Positions 1 through 9,212 of a stretch of DNA of 64,000 nt are shown piece after piece. A program made the translations under genes and the position numbers. The notes below the pieces were generated by a model that saw only the letters and a program-made list of their open reading frames with translations, did no database searches and had not been told where the DNA came from. The DNA comes from Bacteroidales bacterium UBA4331 (GTDB taxonomy: Bacteria; Bacteroidota; Bacteroidia; Bacteroidales; Paludibacteraceae): assembly GCA_002394395.1 (NCBI GenBank), contig DGTR01000020.1, positions 9,032 through 73,031 of the forward strand, in the 5' to 3' direction. The first letter of the stretch is position 1; every line of letters begins with the position of its first letter.

Positions 1-1244
1 TCGGTCAGCGCCTCTTCCGCCTGTTTGAGTTTGGGCACATCGATCCGCACGCCGGCAGCCTCCATCTCCCTGAGGACGGGCACCAAGGGCAGTTCGACCT
101 CGTTGTAGAGATTCCAGAGGTCGGCATCGGCTTTGAGAGCCTCCCAGTCGGGTTCTTTATTAGGATTGAACGCCACCTCGGGGTTGAGGAGGTATTGGCA
201 AAGGCGGTTCTCGATGGTGTCAAATGCATTTACCATTTGGTCATTTACCATTTGGTCATTTTGTTCCTCCGGAGCGGCGAAGAGATCGAGCTGATTTTGG
301 TCAGCTGGCGGATTAGGCTTCCTAGACGCCCTAGATGTACTAGATGTACTAGATATACTAGATGTACTAGAAGGACTAGATACCGGAGAGAGTTTGCGGA
401 GCAGGGTGTTGAACTCGAGGTCCTGATAGAGCTTTGTAAGGGCATCGAGGTTGGGTTCTTTTTTTGCCAGGAGCGACTCGTCCAAAGCAATGGGTACATC
501 CGTACGGATGGTAGCCAGGAATTTGGAGAACTTGATTTCTTCAACCTGAGACTCCACTTTGGTACGCAGGGCACCTTTGATCTCGTCCGTATGGGCAAGC
601 ATGTTTTCGATGGAGCCGAACTGCTGGAGCAATGCCACCGCCGTTTTCTCGCCGACGCCTTTGCAGCCGGGTATATTATCGCTGGCATCGCCCATGAGGC
701 CTAAGAGATCGATAACCTGCTCTTTGTGCTGCAGACCGTATTTGTCGCAGACCTCCTTGGGTCCCATGAGTTCGAAACCGCCCGTATGGCGGGGACGATA
801 CATGAACACATGATCGGAAACGAGCTGGCCGTAATCCTTGTCGGGCGTCGCCATATAGACTTCGTATCCGGCTTTTTCGCCCATATGGGAGAGCGTGCCG
901 ATGACGTCATCCGCCTCGAAACCGGGGACTTCGAGAATGGGTATATTCATCGCCTCGAGGAGCTGCTTGATGACGGGAACCGCCTTGCGGATGTCTTCCG
1001 GGGTCTCGGGTCGCTGGGCTTTGTATTGCTCGTACGCCTCGTGGCGGAAAGTGCCTCCTGCAGGGTCAAAAGCCACCCCTATGTGGGTTGGGTTGATCTT
1101 TTTGATGAGGTCATCGAGCGTGATGCAAAAACCAAAGATGGCCGAGGTGTTCTCGCCTTTACTATTCATGCGCGGGGCACGGATAAACGCATAATACGCG
1201 CGGAAAATCATCGCGTAAGCGTCGATAAGAAGCAGTTTTTTCAT
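1..1244 (-). CDS. polA: DNA polymerase I, N-terminal part (5' nuclease domain, repeat-encoded linker, start of polymerase domain); runs off left edge
   Basis: Own translation from ATG at 1244: MKKLLLIDAYAMIFRAYYAF..., GVGEKTAVALLQQFGSIENM (H3TH), later LYNEVELPLVPVLREMEAAGVRID. The frame stays open to position 1. It is absent from the ORF track because there is no stop in the window. Confidence 0.9.
   Translation of the reverse strand, partial: MKKLLLIDAYAMIFRAYYAFIRAPRMNSKGENTSAIFGFCITLDDLIKKINPTHIGVAFDPAGGTFRHEAYEQYKAQRPETPEDIRKAVPVIKQLLEAMNIPILEVPGFEADDVIGTLSHMGEKAGYEVYMATPDKDYGQLVSDHVFMYRPRHTGGFELMGPKEVCDKYGLQHKEQVIDLLGLMGDASDNIPGCKGVGEKTAVALLQQFGSIENMLAHTDEIKGALRTKVESQVEEIKFSKFLATIRTDVPIALDESLLAKKEPNLDALTKLYQDLEFNTLLRKLSPVSSPSSTSSISSTSSTSRASRKPNPPADQNQLDLFAAPEEQNDQMVNDQMVNAFDTIENRLCQYLLNPEVAFNPNKEPDWEALKADADLWNLYNEVELPLVPVLREMEAAGVRIDVPKLKQAEEALT
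227..261. repeat. tandem 15-mer CATTTACCATTTGGT x2.3, inside polA
   Basis: Counted directly: units 227-241 and 242-256, partial 257-261; read in-frame as NDQMV NDQMV. Confidence 0.95.
322..384. repeat. tandem 9-mer CTAGATGTA x7 (4 exact or 1-mismatch, 3 degenerate), inside polA
   Basis: Units start at 322, 331, 340, 349, 358, 367 and 376; read in-frame on the minus strand as PVSSPSSTSSISSTSSTSRASR. Confidence 0.95.
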
Positions 1245-1247
1245 GGT

Positions 1248-1913
1248 TTACCAGTCTATTGGCTCGAGGCCGTTTTTGATGAGATAGTTATTTGCCGCAC
1301 TAAAATGCCCGCAGCCGTCAAAACCGCGATAGACAGAGAGGGGCGAAGGGTGCGAGGTCTGAAGAACCAGATGTTTGCGGCGGTCGATATACTGCCCTTT
1401 GCGCTGCGCGTAGGAGCCCCAGAGCATGAAGACGAGATGGCTGCGCTCTTTATTGAGGGCTGCGATGGCGGCATCGGTCAGTTCTTCCCACCCCTTGCCT
1501 TGATGGCTGCCGGCTTTATACGCCTCGACCGTCAGAGTGGCATTGAGCAGGAGAACACCCTGCTCCGCCCATCGGCGGAGGTCTCCGGACTGCGGGATGG
1601 GTTTGCCTAAATCGCGGTGGATCTCCTTGTAGATATTCATGAGCGACGGGGGGATCTGCACTCCTTCGGGCACAGAGAAAGAGAGTCCCATCGCCTGGCC
1701 TTCCTCATGATAGGGGTCCTGACCGATGATGACGACACGGACGGAGTCGAAAGGACAGGAGTCAAAGGCATTAAAAATCAGACCAGCCGGAGGAAAACAC
1801 CGACGGGTCTGATACTGGGAGCGCACATAAGAAGTGAGGAGTTCGAAATAAGGCTTGTCAAACTCCGTCTGCAAAACGCGCTGCCAAGATGGGTCTATAC
1901 GTACTGTCATCAA
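1248..1913 (-). CDS. ung: uracil-DNA glycosylase
   Basis: 221 aa; family-1 UDG motifs GQDPYH and HPSPLS; 3-nt gap to the polA start. Confidence 0.95.
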   Translation of the reverse strand: MMTVRIDPSWQRVLQTEFDKPYFELLTSYVRSQYQTRRCFPPAGLIFNAFDSCPFDSVRVVIIGQDPYHEEGQAMGLSFSVPEGVQIPPSLMNIYKEIHRDLGKPIPQSGDLRRWAEQGVLLLNATLTVEAYKAGSHQGKGWEELTDAAIAALNKERSHLVFMLWGSYAQRKGQYIDRRKHLVLQTSHPSPLSVYRGFDGCGHFSAANNYLIKNGLEPIDW

Positions 1914-3031
1914 TCTACAATTAACATCGCATCACCGTAGTCGCCAAAACGATAACCTTCCTTGATGGCCTCTTCGTAGGCATGCATGGTCTCTTCGTAA
2001 CCCGCAAAAGCAGCCACCATCAGCAGCTGGCTGGAGCACGGCATGTAGAAATTGACGAAGAAACTATTCGCCACGGAGAAGTGATAAGGCGGGAAGATGA
2101 ATTTGTTAGTCCATCCGTCGTAAGCCTTGAGTTGACCGTTCGTACCCGCCACATGCTCCATAGCGCGCATGACTTCGGTACCGACCGCACAGACACGGCG
2201 TTGGTTCTCGTGGGCTTTGTTGACCGCTTGCGCCATAGCTTCCGGCAAGATGATCTGCTCGGACTCCATCTTATTTTTCGTCAGGTCCTCCACATCGATC
2301 TCCTTGAAGATGCCGAGGGACACATGGCTGGTCATGAAGGTTGCCTCGATACCTTGAATCTCCATGCGTTTGAGGAGTTGTTTGGAGAAATGCAGACCCG
2401 AAGCCGGAGCAGCTACTGCGCCTACGTTGCTGGCGAAAATCGTCTGATAGCGCTCGGTATCCATCTCGCGGACAGGCAGGTCATGGAAGACCTCCTGATA
2501 TTTCTCCAGAGTCTCCGGCGTCATCGGACGACGGATATACTTAGGCAGCGGAGCGCTTCCTAAGGCATAGAGACGCGACACGAACTCCTCGTTGTCGTAG
2601 TCCGTCAGGAAGCGGAACGTACGGCCGCGGCTGGTAGTGTTATCAATAACTTCCGCTACGATAGAAGGGTCGTCCTCGAAGGTGATCTTATTACCGATAC
2701 GGATCTTACGCGCCGGCTCGACCAACACATCCCAGTAACGCGTGCGGTGGTTGAGTTCGCGGAGAAGGAAGACCTCAATCAGAGCGTTGGTCTTCTCCTT
2801 ATAGCCCCATAAACGCGCCGGAAAGACTTTGGAGTCATTGAAGACAAAGAGGTCTCCTTCGTCAAAATATTGCACCAATTCCGGCAAAAGCTTATGTTCG
2901 ATCTCCCCGGTCTTACGGTGGAGAACCATCATTTTTGCGTCATCGCGATAAGGCGCAGGGTACTGAGCGATTAATTCTTCTGGCAGTTTAAACTTAAACT
3001 GACACAGTCTCATATCATTGGATTTGTACAT
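1910..3031 (-). CDS. queA: tRNA preQ1(34) S-adenosylmethionine ribosyltransferase-isomerase
   Basis: FKFKLPEELIAQYPA N-terminus and full-length QueA-like sequence. The true start is more likely the ATG at 3013 (MRLCQFKF...). Confidence 0.92.
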   Translation of the reverse strand: MYKSNDMRLCQFKFKLPEELIAQYPAPYRDDAKMMVLHRKTGEIEHKLLPELVQYFDEGDLFVFNDSKVFPARLWGYKEKTNALIEVFLLRELNHRTRYWDVLVEPARKIRIGNKITFEDDPSIVAEVIDNTTSRGRTFRFLTDYDNEEFVSRLYALGSAPLPKYIRRPMTPETLEKYQEVFHDLPVREMDTERYQTIFASNVGAVAAPASGLHFSKQLLKRMEIQGIEATFMTSHVSLGIFKEIDVEDLTKNKMESEQIILPEAMAQAVNKAHENQRRVCAVGTEVMRAMEHVAGTNGQLKAYDGWTNKFIFPPYHFSVANSFFVNFYMPCSSQLLMVAAFAGYEETMHAYEEAIKEGYRFGDYGDAMLIVD

Positions 3032-3046
3032 AGTCTTTTAGGGCTT

Positions 3047-3074
3047 TCAGCATTCAGTTTTCAGCATTCAGTTT
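3047..3074. repeat. tandem 14-mer TCAGCATTCAGTTT x2 spanning the truB stop codon
   Basis: Exact copies at 3047-3060 and 3061-3074; the truB TGA (3054-3056) lies inside the copy at 3047-3060. Confidence 0.95.
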
Positions 3075-3767
3075 TTCTAAAAATTGTTCGATCGTGTAGC
3101 AGTCCTCCACACGGGTGTCTCCTACACGTGTTCTGCGCAAAGCAGTGAGGTGCGCTCCGGATTGCAGGCGCTCGCCGATGTCACGAGCCAAGGCGCGGAT
3201 GTAGGTGCCTTTAGAGCACACGACACGAATGGTGAGGAGCATTTTCTCTTCGTCAAAACTCAAGACCTCTATCTCGTCAATCACCAAGAGCCTCGGTTTG
3301 AGTTCCACCTCTTCGCCCTTGCGGGCAAACTCATATGCCCGCTTGCCATTGATCTGAATGGCAGAGAAAGCCGGCGGTGTCTGCCATTGTTCTCCCTTAA
3401 AGAGCGGTATCGTCCGGTCGATCAACTCGCGGGTGATATGCTCCGTCGGGTAAGTCTGATCGATCTCTTTCTCTAAGTCATACGAAGGTGTCGTGGCACC
3501 TAACTGAAGTGTAGCGACATATTCCTTCACGTCGTATTGCAGCTGGTCAATCAGTTTCGTTTTGCGTCCCGTGCAGATGATTACCACACCCGTTGCCAAA
3601 GGATCCAAAGTGCCGGAATGACCGACTTTCAGTTTCTTGGTTCCCAGTTTCTTGCAAAGGTTATACCGCACTTTTGCCACCAGATCAAAGGAAGTCCAGT
3701 GCAGAGGCTTGTCAAAAGCCAACACTTCGCCTTGCTCAAAATCCCACATATCAGCAGACGGTAGCAA
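3054..3767 (-). CDS. truB: tRNA pseudouridine(55) synthase
   Basis: [13 protein letters not shown] and [13 protein letters not shown] motifs; 237 aa. Confidence 0.93.
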   Translation of the reverse strand: MLPSADMWDFEQGEVLAFDKPLHWTSFDLVAKVRYNLCKKLGTKKLKVGHSGTLDPLATGVVIICTGRKTKLIDQLQYDVKEYVATLQLGATTPSYDLEKEIDQTYPTEHITRELIDRTIPLFKGEQWQTPPAFSAIQINGKRAYEFARKGEEVELKPRLLVIDEIEVLSFDEEKMLLTIRVVCSKGTYIRALARDIGERLQSGAHLTALRRTRVGDTRVEDCYTIEQFLEKLNAEN

Positions 3768-4557
3768 TAATCGTTACGGAACCCACAATAGCGCAGTAGA
3801 TGGCGAACCATACCAGACGCTGGCGGCGGACTATCTCCAGCATGAAACGGCAAGCGAGACATCCGGTGACGAACGCTGCCACAAAACCGACGGCCGCCGG
3901 GAGCAATGCCAGATCGGAGACCTCTTCGCCCTGCAACAACTTCAGCAGGTCGAGAAATGCTTCTCCTAAGATAGGGATGAGTACCATGAGGAAGGAGAAC
4001 TGCGCAACACTCTCTTTCTTGACGCCGCATAACAGGCCAGTAGCAATCGTCGTACCGGAGCGACTTAAGCCGGGCAGTACCGCGCAAGCCTGCGCCAGAC
4101 CGATGATGATCGCATCTTTATAAGTCACTTCGTGTCCGGCATTGCGGCGGCGTTTCTGAAGCCACTCGCTCAAACCGAGCAAAGAAGCCGTGATCAGCAG
4201 GCAGATACCAACAAGCAACAGACCGTTGCCGAAAAGGGCTTCTACCTCATCCTTGAAGAACATACCGATGACAAAAACAGGGATCATCGACACCAGGATT
4301 TTCGCCACATAGTCTTTCTCGGCGTTCCATTTCCAGGTAGTGAAGGTGCCTGTAAAAAGGCTCGCTACCTCACGCCACAAGACGACCAGAGTGGACAAGA
4401 CCGTTGCTGTATGAACGATGATGGCGAAACTGAGATTCTCCTCACCGGAGGTCCCTAACAGTGCCTGACCTATCTCCAGATGCCCTGAAGAAGAAACAGG
4501 CAGAAACTCCGTGAGTCCCTGAACGATGCCTAATATCAGTGCCTCTAACCAACTCAT
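3751..4557 (-). CDS. uppP: undecaprenyl-diphosphate phosphatase
   Basis: 268 aa polytopic membrane protein; BacA motifs LPVSSSGH and PGLSRSG. Confidence 0.93.
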   Translation of the reverse strand: MSWLEALILGIVQGLTEFLPVSSSGHLEIGQALLGTSGEENLSFAIIVHTATVLSTLVVLWREVASLFTGTFTTWKWNAEKDYVAKILVSMIPVFVIGMFFKDEVEALFGNGLLLVGICLLITASLLGLSEWLQKRRRNAGHEVTYKDAIIIGLAQACAVLPGLSRSGTTIATGLLCGVKKESVAQFSFLMVLIPILGEAFLDLLKLLQGEEVSDLALLPAAVGFVAAFVTGCLACRFMLEIVRRQRLVWFAIYCAIVGSVTIIATVC

Positions 4558-4766
4558 TTCTTCTTACCGCGGTATAAAATAGCAAACAACATGCATACAA
4601 ACCCAAACAACGAGATCATCGGACCTACCGTTATTCGGCGGAAAGAGAAGATGTCCGGATTATACACCTCACCAGAAGGCTCTCCGGCCATCAGGGCAAA
4701 TCCCAGAATAATGATCACAAAAGAGACTGCTATCAGGATGAGATTAAGCGTAGGTAAATGTTTCAT
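4554..4766 (-). CDS. small two-TM membrane protein (DUF3098-like)
   Basis: 70 aa, two hydrophobic helices, [11 protein letters not shown] motif; sits in the usual position downstream of ftsX in Bacteroidetes. Confidence 0.65.
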   Translation of the reverse strand: MKHLPTLNLILIAVSFVIIILGFALMAGEPSGEVYNPDIFSFRRITVGPMISLFGFVCMLFAILYRGKKK

Positions 4767-4784
4767 AACAAGAAATATAGAAAT

Positions 4785-5645
4785 TTAGATTTCGTACAAC
4801 GAGTTATTATCCATGCGGATATATTTCCCCGTTGCAATAAGAGACGCAAGGAGAGTGATCAGGATTCCAGAACAGAGCACGACGACAGATACAAACGTGA
4901 TATTTTGCCACGTCAACGGGAAGAGAATCATCCCTAACGTCCGCTCCACATAATACACCACTCCGGCCAATATTCCAAGCGCAAAGATGCCTGCGCAGAA
5001 ACCCATCAGCATGTTTCTCAACACAAACGGCTTGCGGATGACCCAAGAGGTAGCGCCGACGAGCGTCATAGTGTTGATGATGAACCGTTGGGAGTAGATC
5101 TGCAGGCGGATGGTGTTGACAATCAACACCAGCGATACCAAAAGGAGCGCAAGCGCAACGCCCATGAGAATGAGCGAGAAATCATGCACATTACTGCTCA
5201 TCAGATCCGCCAGATCACGCGGATAGAGCACCTCCGTCACATACGGGAGCGCCTGCAACTGCGCAGCTATCAGCGCCAAGCTATCCGGCGAACTATAGGC
5301 ATCGGTTGGATGCACTTCATAGCTTGCGGACAGAGGGTTATAGCCCAAGAAAGCGCTGGGGTCCTCTCCCAAAGCGTGCACATGTTCCTCCAGGGCTTGT
5401 TGGGCAGAGACATACGTATAACTGCTGCAACGATTGCCAACCGAGAGAATTTTCTCCAAGCGTGCACATTGCGTACTATCCGCATCCGCAGAGAGCACCG
5501 CCGTGATGGTGATATTCTCGCGCATGCGTGTAACAAGTGCCCCTGCAGAAAGCAGGAGCACACATTCCAAGCCTATAAGGCATAAGACCAGCGAAACGCT
5601 GACTGCGGAAATGAGATATGAATTACGAAATCGATGTTTTCGCAT
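4785..5645 (-). CDS. ftsX: FtsX-like cell-division permease
   Basis: 286 aa; N-terminal TM helix, periplasmic domain and three C-terminal TM helices. Its start codon overlaps the porN stop (TAATG). Confidence 0.8.
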   Translation of the reverse strand: MRKHRFRNSYLISAVSVSLVLCLIGLECVLLLSAGALVTRMRENITITAVLSADADSTQCARLEKILSVGNRCSSYTYVSAQQALEEHVHALGEDPSAFLGYNPLSASYEVHPTDAYSSPDSLALIAAQLQALPYVTEVLYPRDLADLMSSNVHDFSLILMGVALALLLVSLVLIVNTIRLQIYSQRFIINTMTLVGATSWVIRKPFVLRNMLMGFCAGIFALGILAGVVYYVERTLGMILFPLTWQNITFVSVVVLCSGILITLLASLIATGKYIRMDNNSLYEI

Positions 5646-6592
5646 TAATACTCCCAGAGGTCTTGTTCAAAAGTAAGCAACTCGCTCGCGATGCGGGCTT
5701 GTTCTTTCTTCACTTCCGATTCCTCCTTTGCATAGTCCGGAATCCAACGGTTATACATGTTTCCTTCACCTACGATATACGAAGTGAACAGACGTTTCTG
5801 GAAGAACTCGTCGAACGTCACACGCTTCACCTCGTTGCGGTTAGGAATAGCGTACTGCATAGCCAGATAAGGACGCAGCGCATCGAACGGAATCCAGAAC
5901 ATGATCGACTCGCGCAACGAACTCATCACATTCGAGCTGTCACGAGTCGCAATCTTATCCGATTGCAGCGGTGCAATACCCATGATTTTTTGATGCAGAC
6001 GCGAGGTGTGTTTGTCAAAGAACACCACCTCCTGAATCAGATACTTGATCTGGTTCTTCACAATCTTCTCAAATGGATAGAAGTTGAATGACATCTCATC
6101 TGCCACTGAATCATAATGGATTAGCATAGCGTCTGACTGGTCGATTAAGTAGTGTGTCGGATCATCCGAATAATCCGCTAACGGATCATCTACCATGAAC
6201 ATTGGCGGAATACTTGTTTTCGCGATTGGATCTTGTTTGAAATCAGGCTTAATAGTTTCTCCATTACGCTCGTAAATAGGCAGTCCGTCAACCACGGCAT
6301 CGGCAATCACTTTGAATAAGTTACGGTAGTCCGCATCGTCCGATTTTGTCGGGAAATACAACTGATAGTTCTGTTTGTAACGCATATCGATGATACGATA
6401 CACATAACGCGCCCAGATCACATCGTCAATACGGTGATCCACCATGACGATGGTATCGTGTGCTTGCGAAAACTCCTCCGTCTGGATACGGGCACTACCC
6501 ATTTCGTCAAAGAACGAAATCACTTTATGCTGCGCTTGTGCAGCCATTACGCCGCATAGCAGACAGGCGATAATACTTATTTTCTTTAGCAT
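5645..6592 (-). CDS. gldN: T9SS/gliding motility ring protein GldN/PorN
   Basis: 315 aa with signal peptide; VIWARYVYRIIDMRYKQNYQLYFP block typical of GldN; last gene of the porPKLMN order. Confidence 0.85.
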   Translation of the reverse strand: MLKKISIIACLLCGVMAAQAQHKVISFFDEMGSARIQTEEFSQAHDTIVMVDHRIDDVIWARYVYRIIDMRYKQNYQLYFPTKSDDADYRNLFKVIADAVVDGLPIYERNGETIKPDFKQDPIAKTSIPPMFMVDDPLADYSDDPTHYLIDQSDAMLIHYDSVADEMSFNFYPFEKIVKNQIKYLIQEVVFFDKHTSRLHQKIMGIAPLQSDKIATRDSSNVMSSLRESIMFWIPFDALRPYLAMQYAIPNRNEVKRVTFDEFFQKRLFTSYIVGEGNMYNRWIPDYAKEESEVKKEQARIASELLTFEQDLWEY

Positions 6593-6604
6593 ACTTGTAG
6601 AGTA

Positions 6605-8176
6605 TTAATTTAATGTTAGAGGAACCGCAGACAAAGTCACTTCCTGTCCGCCGGGACCTTTGGCTCGAATATCCTTCAAGATGACCGAGTTACCGGGTTT
6701 GAGTTTACCGATACGATCCAACTGCTCACGCGTGAATTTGTTACCGTTAGCCTGAGTCAACATACCATTGATATCAGCCTTGAAACTGGTAATCGTAAAG
6801 TTCAAGTTCAAGAGGCCTTCCGGTCCATATGATGCGATGATTGTAGAGTTCGGATTGATGATTGCACTACGTGGAATCGTTTTATCACCATTGTACTCGT
6901 TGTCACCTGCTTTGAGGTATGCACCAGGTTTCGGAAGCGGCTTGATACGGTAGGTCTCGTTACCCATTTGTTGCATTCTGCCATCCAATTCTGCCATAAC
7001 CGAGATTGTTACATTTTTAGCACCTTGGGATGGCTTAATCATCCAAAGACCTCCTTGCTGCCGAACAGTAGCACCGTTCACGTTCACTTTCACCTTGTCG
7101 TTTGCGACACCTGGCACTGAGATAGAGAACTTGTTCTCATATCCGGCATACATAACGTTCAACTCTACATTGGACATTGTTACTGCAGGCTCTCCAACGC
7201 TGTACTCGCTGCTGAACTGTAGTTGATCCATCTCACCCGTAGAAGGATTCTGATAAGCAATCCAACCGGAGTATTTCTTCAAACCTACACCAGCTGCTGC
7301 AACTTCATAAATACCTTGATCGTTAATACGCTGACCCTCTACATAGTACTCAGGACGTTGCGTAGAGTCAACGGCTGCCAGAATAATCTGCGCAGTATAT
7401 TTACCACCGCGGATGACGTAGTTCGAATTAGGGATCACGTACGCGTTCAGTTTATTCACGCGCAGGTCACCCGCATCCGTACGATCCATGAGGTACTGAA
7501 TCAACTCACTCTCCGTCGAACGAACATCGTTCTGCATCTTCGTCAGGATAGTGATCGAAGCACCTACAGGCATACCGTCGAACACGGCAACCTCCCAGTC
7601 GCAGGAATCTTTCTCGTGTGCATTCCAACCGCGCTCGGTAGCTAATGTTTGCTGAATAGAGGTACGCAACTCGGCATCGTTCTCTGCCAAACCGGCTGCA
7701 TAGTCACGATAGTAAGCCACGATCTCTTTGAGGATCAGACCGTTACCTTGTACTATGGCATATTGTCCGGTCACGTCCAAATTGGAGTTTCCTTCAATAT
7801 GCATCGTCGGATCTTCACCTTGCGCTTTCCATGCATCAACAGTCTTCTGACCGTCGGCGAGGATAGCGATATGCTCCTTGAAATCCTGGATATAGTTAAA
7901 AAGTGAATCCGCACGTTTCTGAACCTCCACAGCCTTATCGAACCACTCTTGCGTCTTCTCAGGGTTATCGGCGTTTGCCGCCTGGAAGTCGCGATAGAGT
8001 TTCGCATTACGCGTATCCGATGCAGCGATAGAGGAGTGCAGACTATTGTCCACCAATGTAAAACCATTGAGGATATCCGTACTTACGTTCAACGCCAACA
8101 TGGCGGTGAGCACCAAGTACATCATACCAATCATCTTTTGTCTCGGGGTTTCCGGACAGTTTTTTGCTCCACCCAT
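6605..8176 (-). CDS. gldM: T9SS/gliding motility protein GldM/PorM
   Basis: 523 aa; N-terminus PRQKMIGMMYLVLTAMLALNVS is the conserved GldM TM segment. Confidence 0.9.
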   Translation of the reverse strand: MGGAKNCPETPRQKMIGMMYLVLTAMLALNVSTDILNGFTLVDNSLHSSIAASDTRNAKLYRDFQAANADNPEKTQEWFDKAVEVQKRADSLFNYIQDFKEHIAILADGQKTVDAWKAQGEDPTMHIEGNSNLDVTGQYAIVQGNGLILKEIVAYYRDYAAGLAENDAELRTSIQQTLATERGWNAHEKDSCDWEVAVFDGMPVGASITILTKMQNDVRSTESELIQYLMDRTDAGDLRVNKLNAYVIPNSNYVIRGGKYTAQIILAAVDSTQRPEYYVEGQRINDQGIYEVAAAGVGLKKYSGWIAYQNPSTGEMDQLQFSSEYSVGEPAVTMSNVELNVMYAGYENKFSISVPGVANDKVKVNVNGATVRQQGGLWMIKPSQGAKNVTISVMAELDGRMQQMGNETYRIKPLPKPGAYLKAGDNEYNGDKTIPRSAIINPNSTIIASYGPEGLLNLNFTITSFKADINGMLTQANGNKFTREQLDRIGKLKPGNSVILKDIRAKGPGGQEVTLSAVPLTLN

Positions 8177-8220
8177 TGCTGAAGTGTTTTATCGTTTATA
8201 TTAAACTGTTTTTCAATAAC

Positions 8221-9165
8221 TTATGCCAAAGCGTTCAGCATGTTACCATAGATACCATTGAGATCAGCTACTTGCTTTTGCAGCTGTTTAGCACCGTTTG
8301 CGAAAGCAACCTGAGCTTCGGCAGCTTCTTTCGCAGCAGCAGCGGCATTCTTCTGTGCCTCAATCTGTGCGTTAACCGCCTGCAGTTGCAACTCATAAAC
8401 AGAATTGAGAGAAGCGATGCTCTTTCCTACCTGCTCAACACCTGCCTTGTAAGCTTTCGTCTCCTCGGCTACGCTCTTCATATCAGCACCAATCTGATTG
8501 TAAGCACCGGAGAGGCCTTGAGTAGCTTGTGCCAAACCATCGGTAGCGATACCTGCATTAGCCAGTTTAGCAGCATATTCAGAGGTTGCAGCTTCTGCAG
8601 CAGCCAGTTTCTCGTTCAGTTTAACACCCGTCTGAGCCACCTTGCCCAGTTCAGCAAACTGCGTAGCTGTTTTAGCCAACTCGTTCAGACCCTCTTTCAG
8701 CGCCTTATAATCCTCATCTTTGAGCCCCGGAGCTTTAGCACCAGCCTCCGCAGCCGCTGCGGGAGCAGCTGTAGCAACTGTAGCAGCAATACCGGTAGCA
8801 GCAACAGGAGCACCTCCGGATACACCAGCACCCAACAAGGTAGGACGGGGTTGATGCGATTTCTCTTCTAACAATTCAGGCTTAGTACCATACTCCAACA
8901 ACTGTGGGAAAACGTTCTCCCAGTGGAACTCCGGATGCGGATGCTCCAATGTACCAATCAAGAACAAGAACGCCTCGGTAAACATACCGACCATCAACAC
9001 CTGGCTGGCACCCGGCCAGTGAAGGATCTTAAACAATGCACCGATAATAACGACGGATGCACCTACTGAGTAAACGATGTTTACAATGTTTTTTCCTTCA
9101 TAAGACTCATACCAATGGAAGAATCTTGCACCAAAACCTTGCTTTGCAGCTTTTTCTGTAGCCAT
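8221..9165 (-). CDS. gldL: T9SS/gliding motility protein GldL/PorL
   Basis: Start taken at ATG 9165 (MATEKAAKQG...), since the track ORF starting at 9240 overlaps gldK. Two N-terminal TM helices (KILHWPGA) and an Ala-rich cytoplasmic tail. Confidence 0.85.
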   Translation of the reverse strand: MATEKAAKQGFGARFFHWYESYEGKNIVNIVYSVGASVVIIGALFKILHWPGASQVLMVGMFTEAFLFLIGTLEHPHPEFHWENVFPQLLEYGTKPELLEEKSHQPRPTLLGAGVSGGAPVAATGIAATVATAAPAAAAEAGAKAPGLKDEDYKALKEGLNELAKTATQFAELGKVAQTGVKLNEKLAAAEAATSEYAAKLANAGIATDGLAQATQGLSGAYNQIGADMKSVAEETKAYKAGVEQVGKSIASLNSVYELQLQAVNAQIEAQKNAAAAAKEAAEAQVAFANGAKQLQKQVADLNGIYGNMLNALA

Positions 9166-9212
9166 AATATTTATTTTGCTTTTAAAGTTTGTTTCTTTAT
9201 TAATAATAAGGA

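Noticed and set aside
195-704. 169-aa plus-strand ORF containing CTRCTRYTRCTRRTRY
   Set aside because: The odd peptide is the 9-mer DNA repeat read on the wrong strand. The region is covered by polA on the minus strand.
726-1610. 294-aa plus-strand ORF, and similar long antisense ORFs (9405-10259, 17772-18755, 29100-29975, 30390-31172, 41075-41836, 49842-50762, 58361-59293)
   Set aside because: Each lies entirely opposite a strongly supported gene (polA/ung, gldK, sdhA, malQ, the giant adhesin, uvrB, pnp). They have no recognisable motifs and look like shadow ORFs of GC-rich coding sequence.
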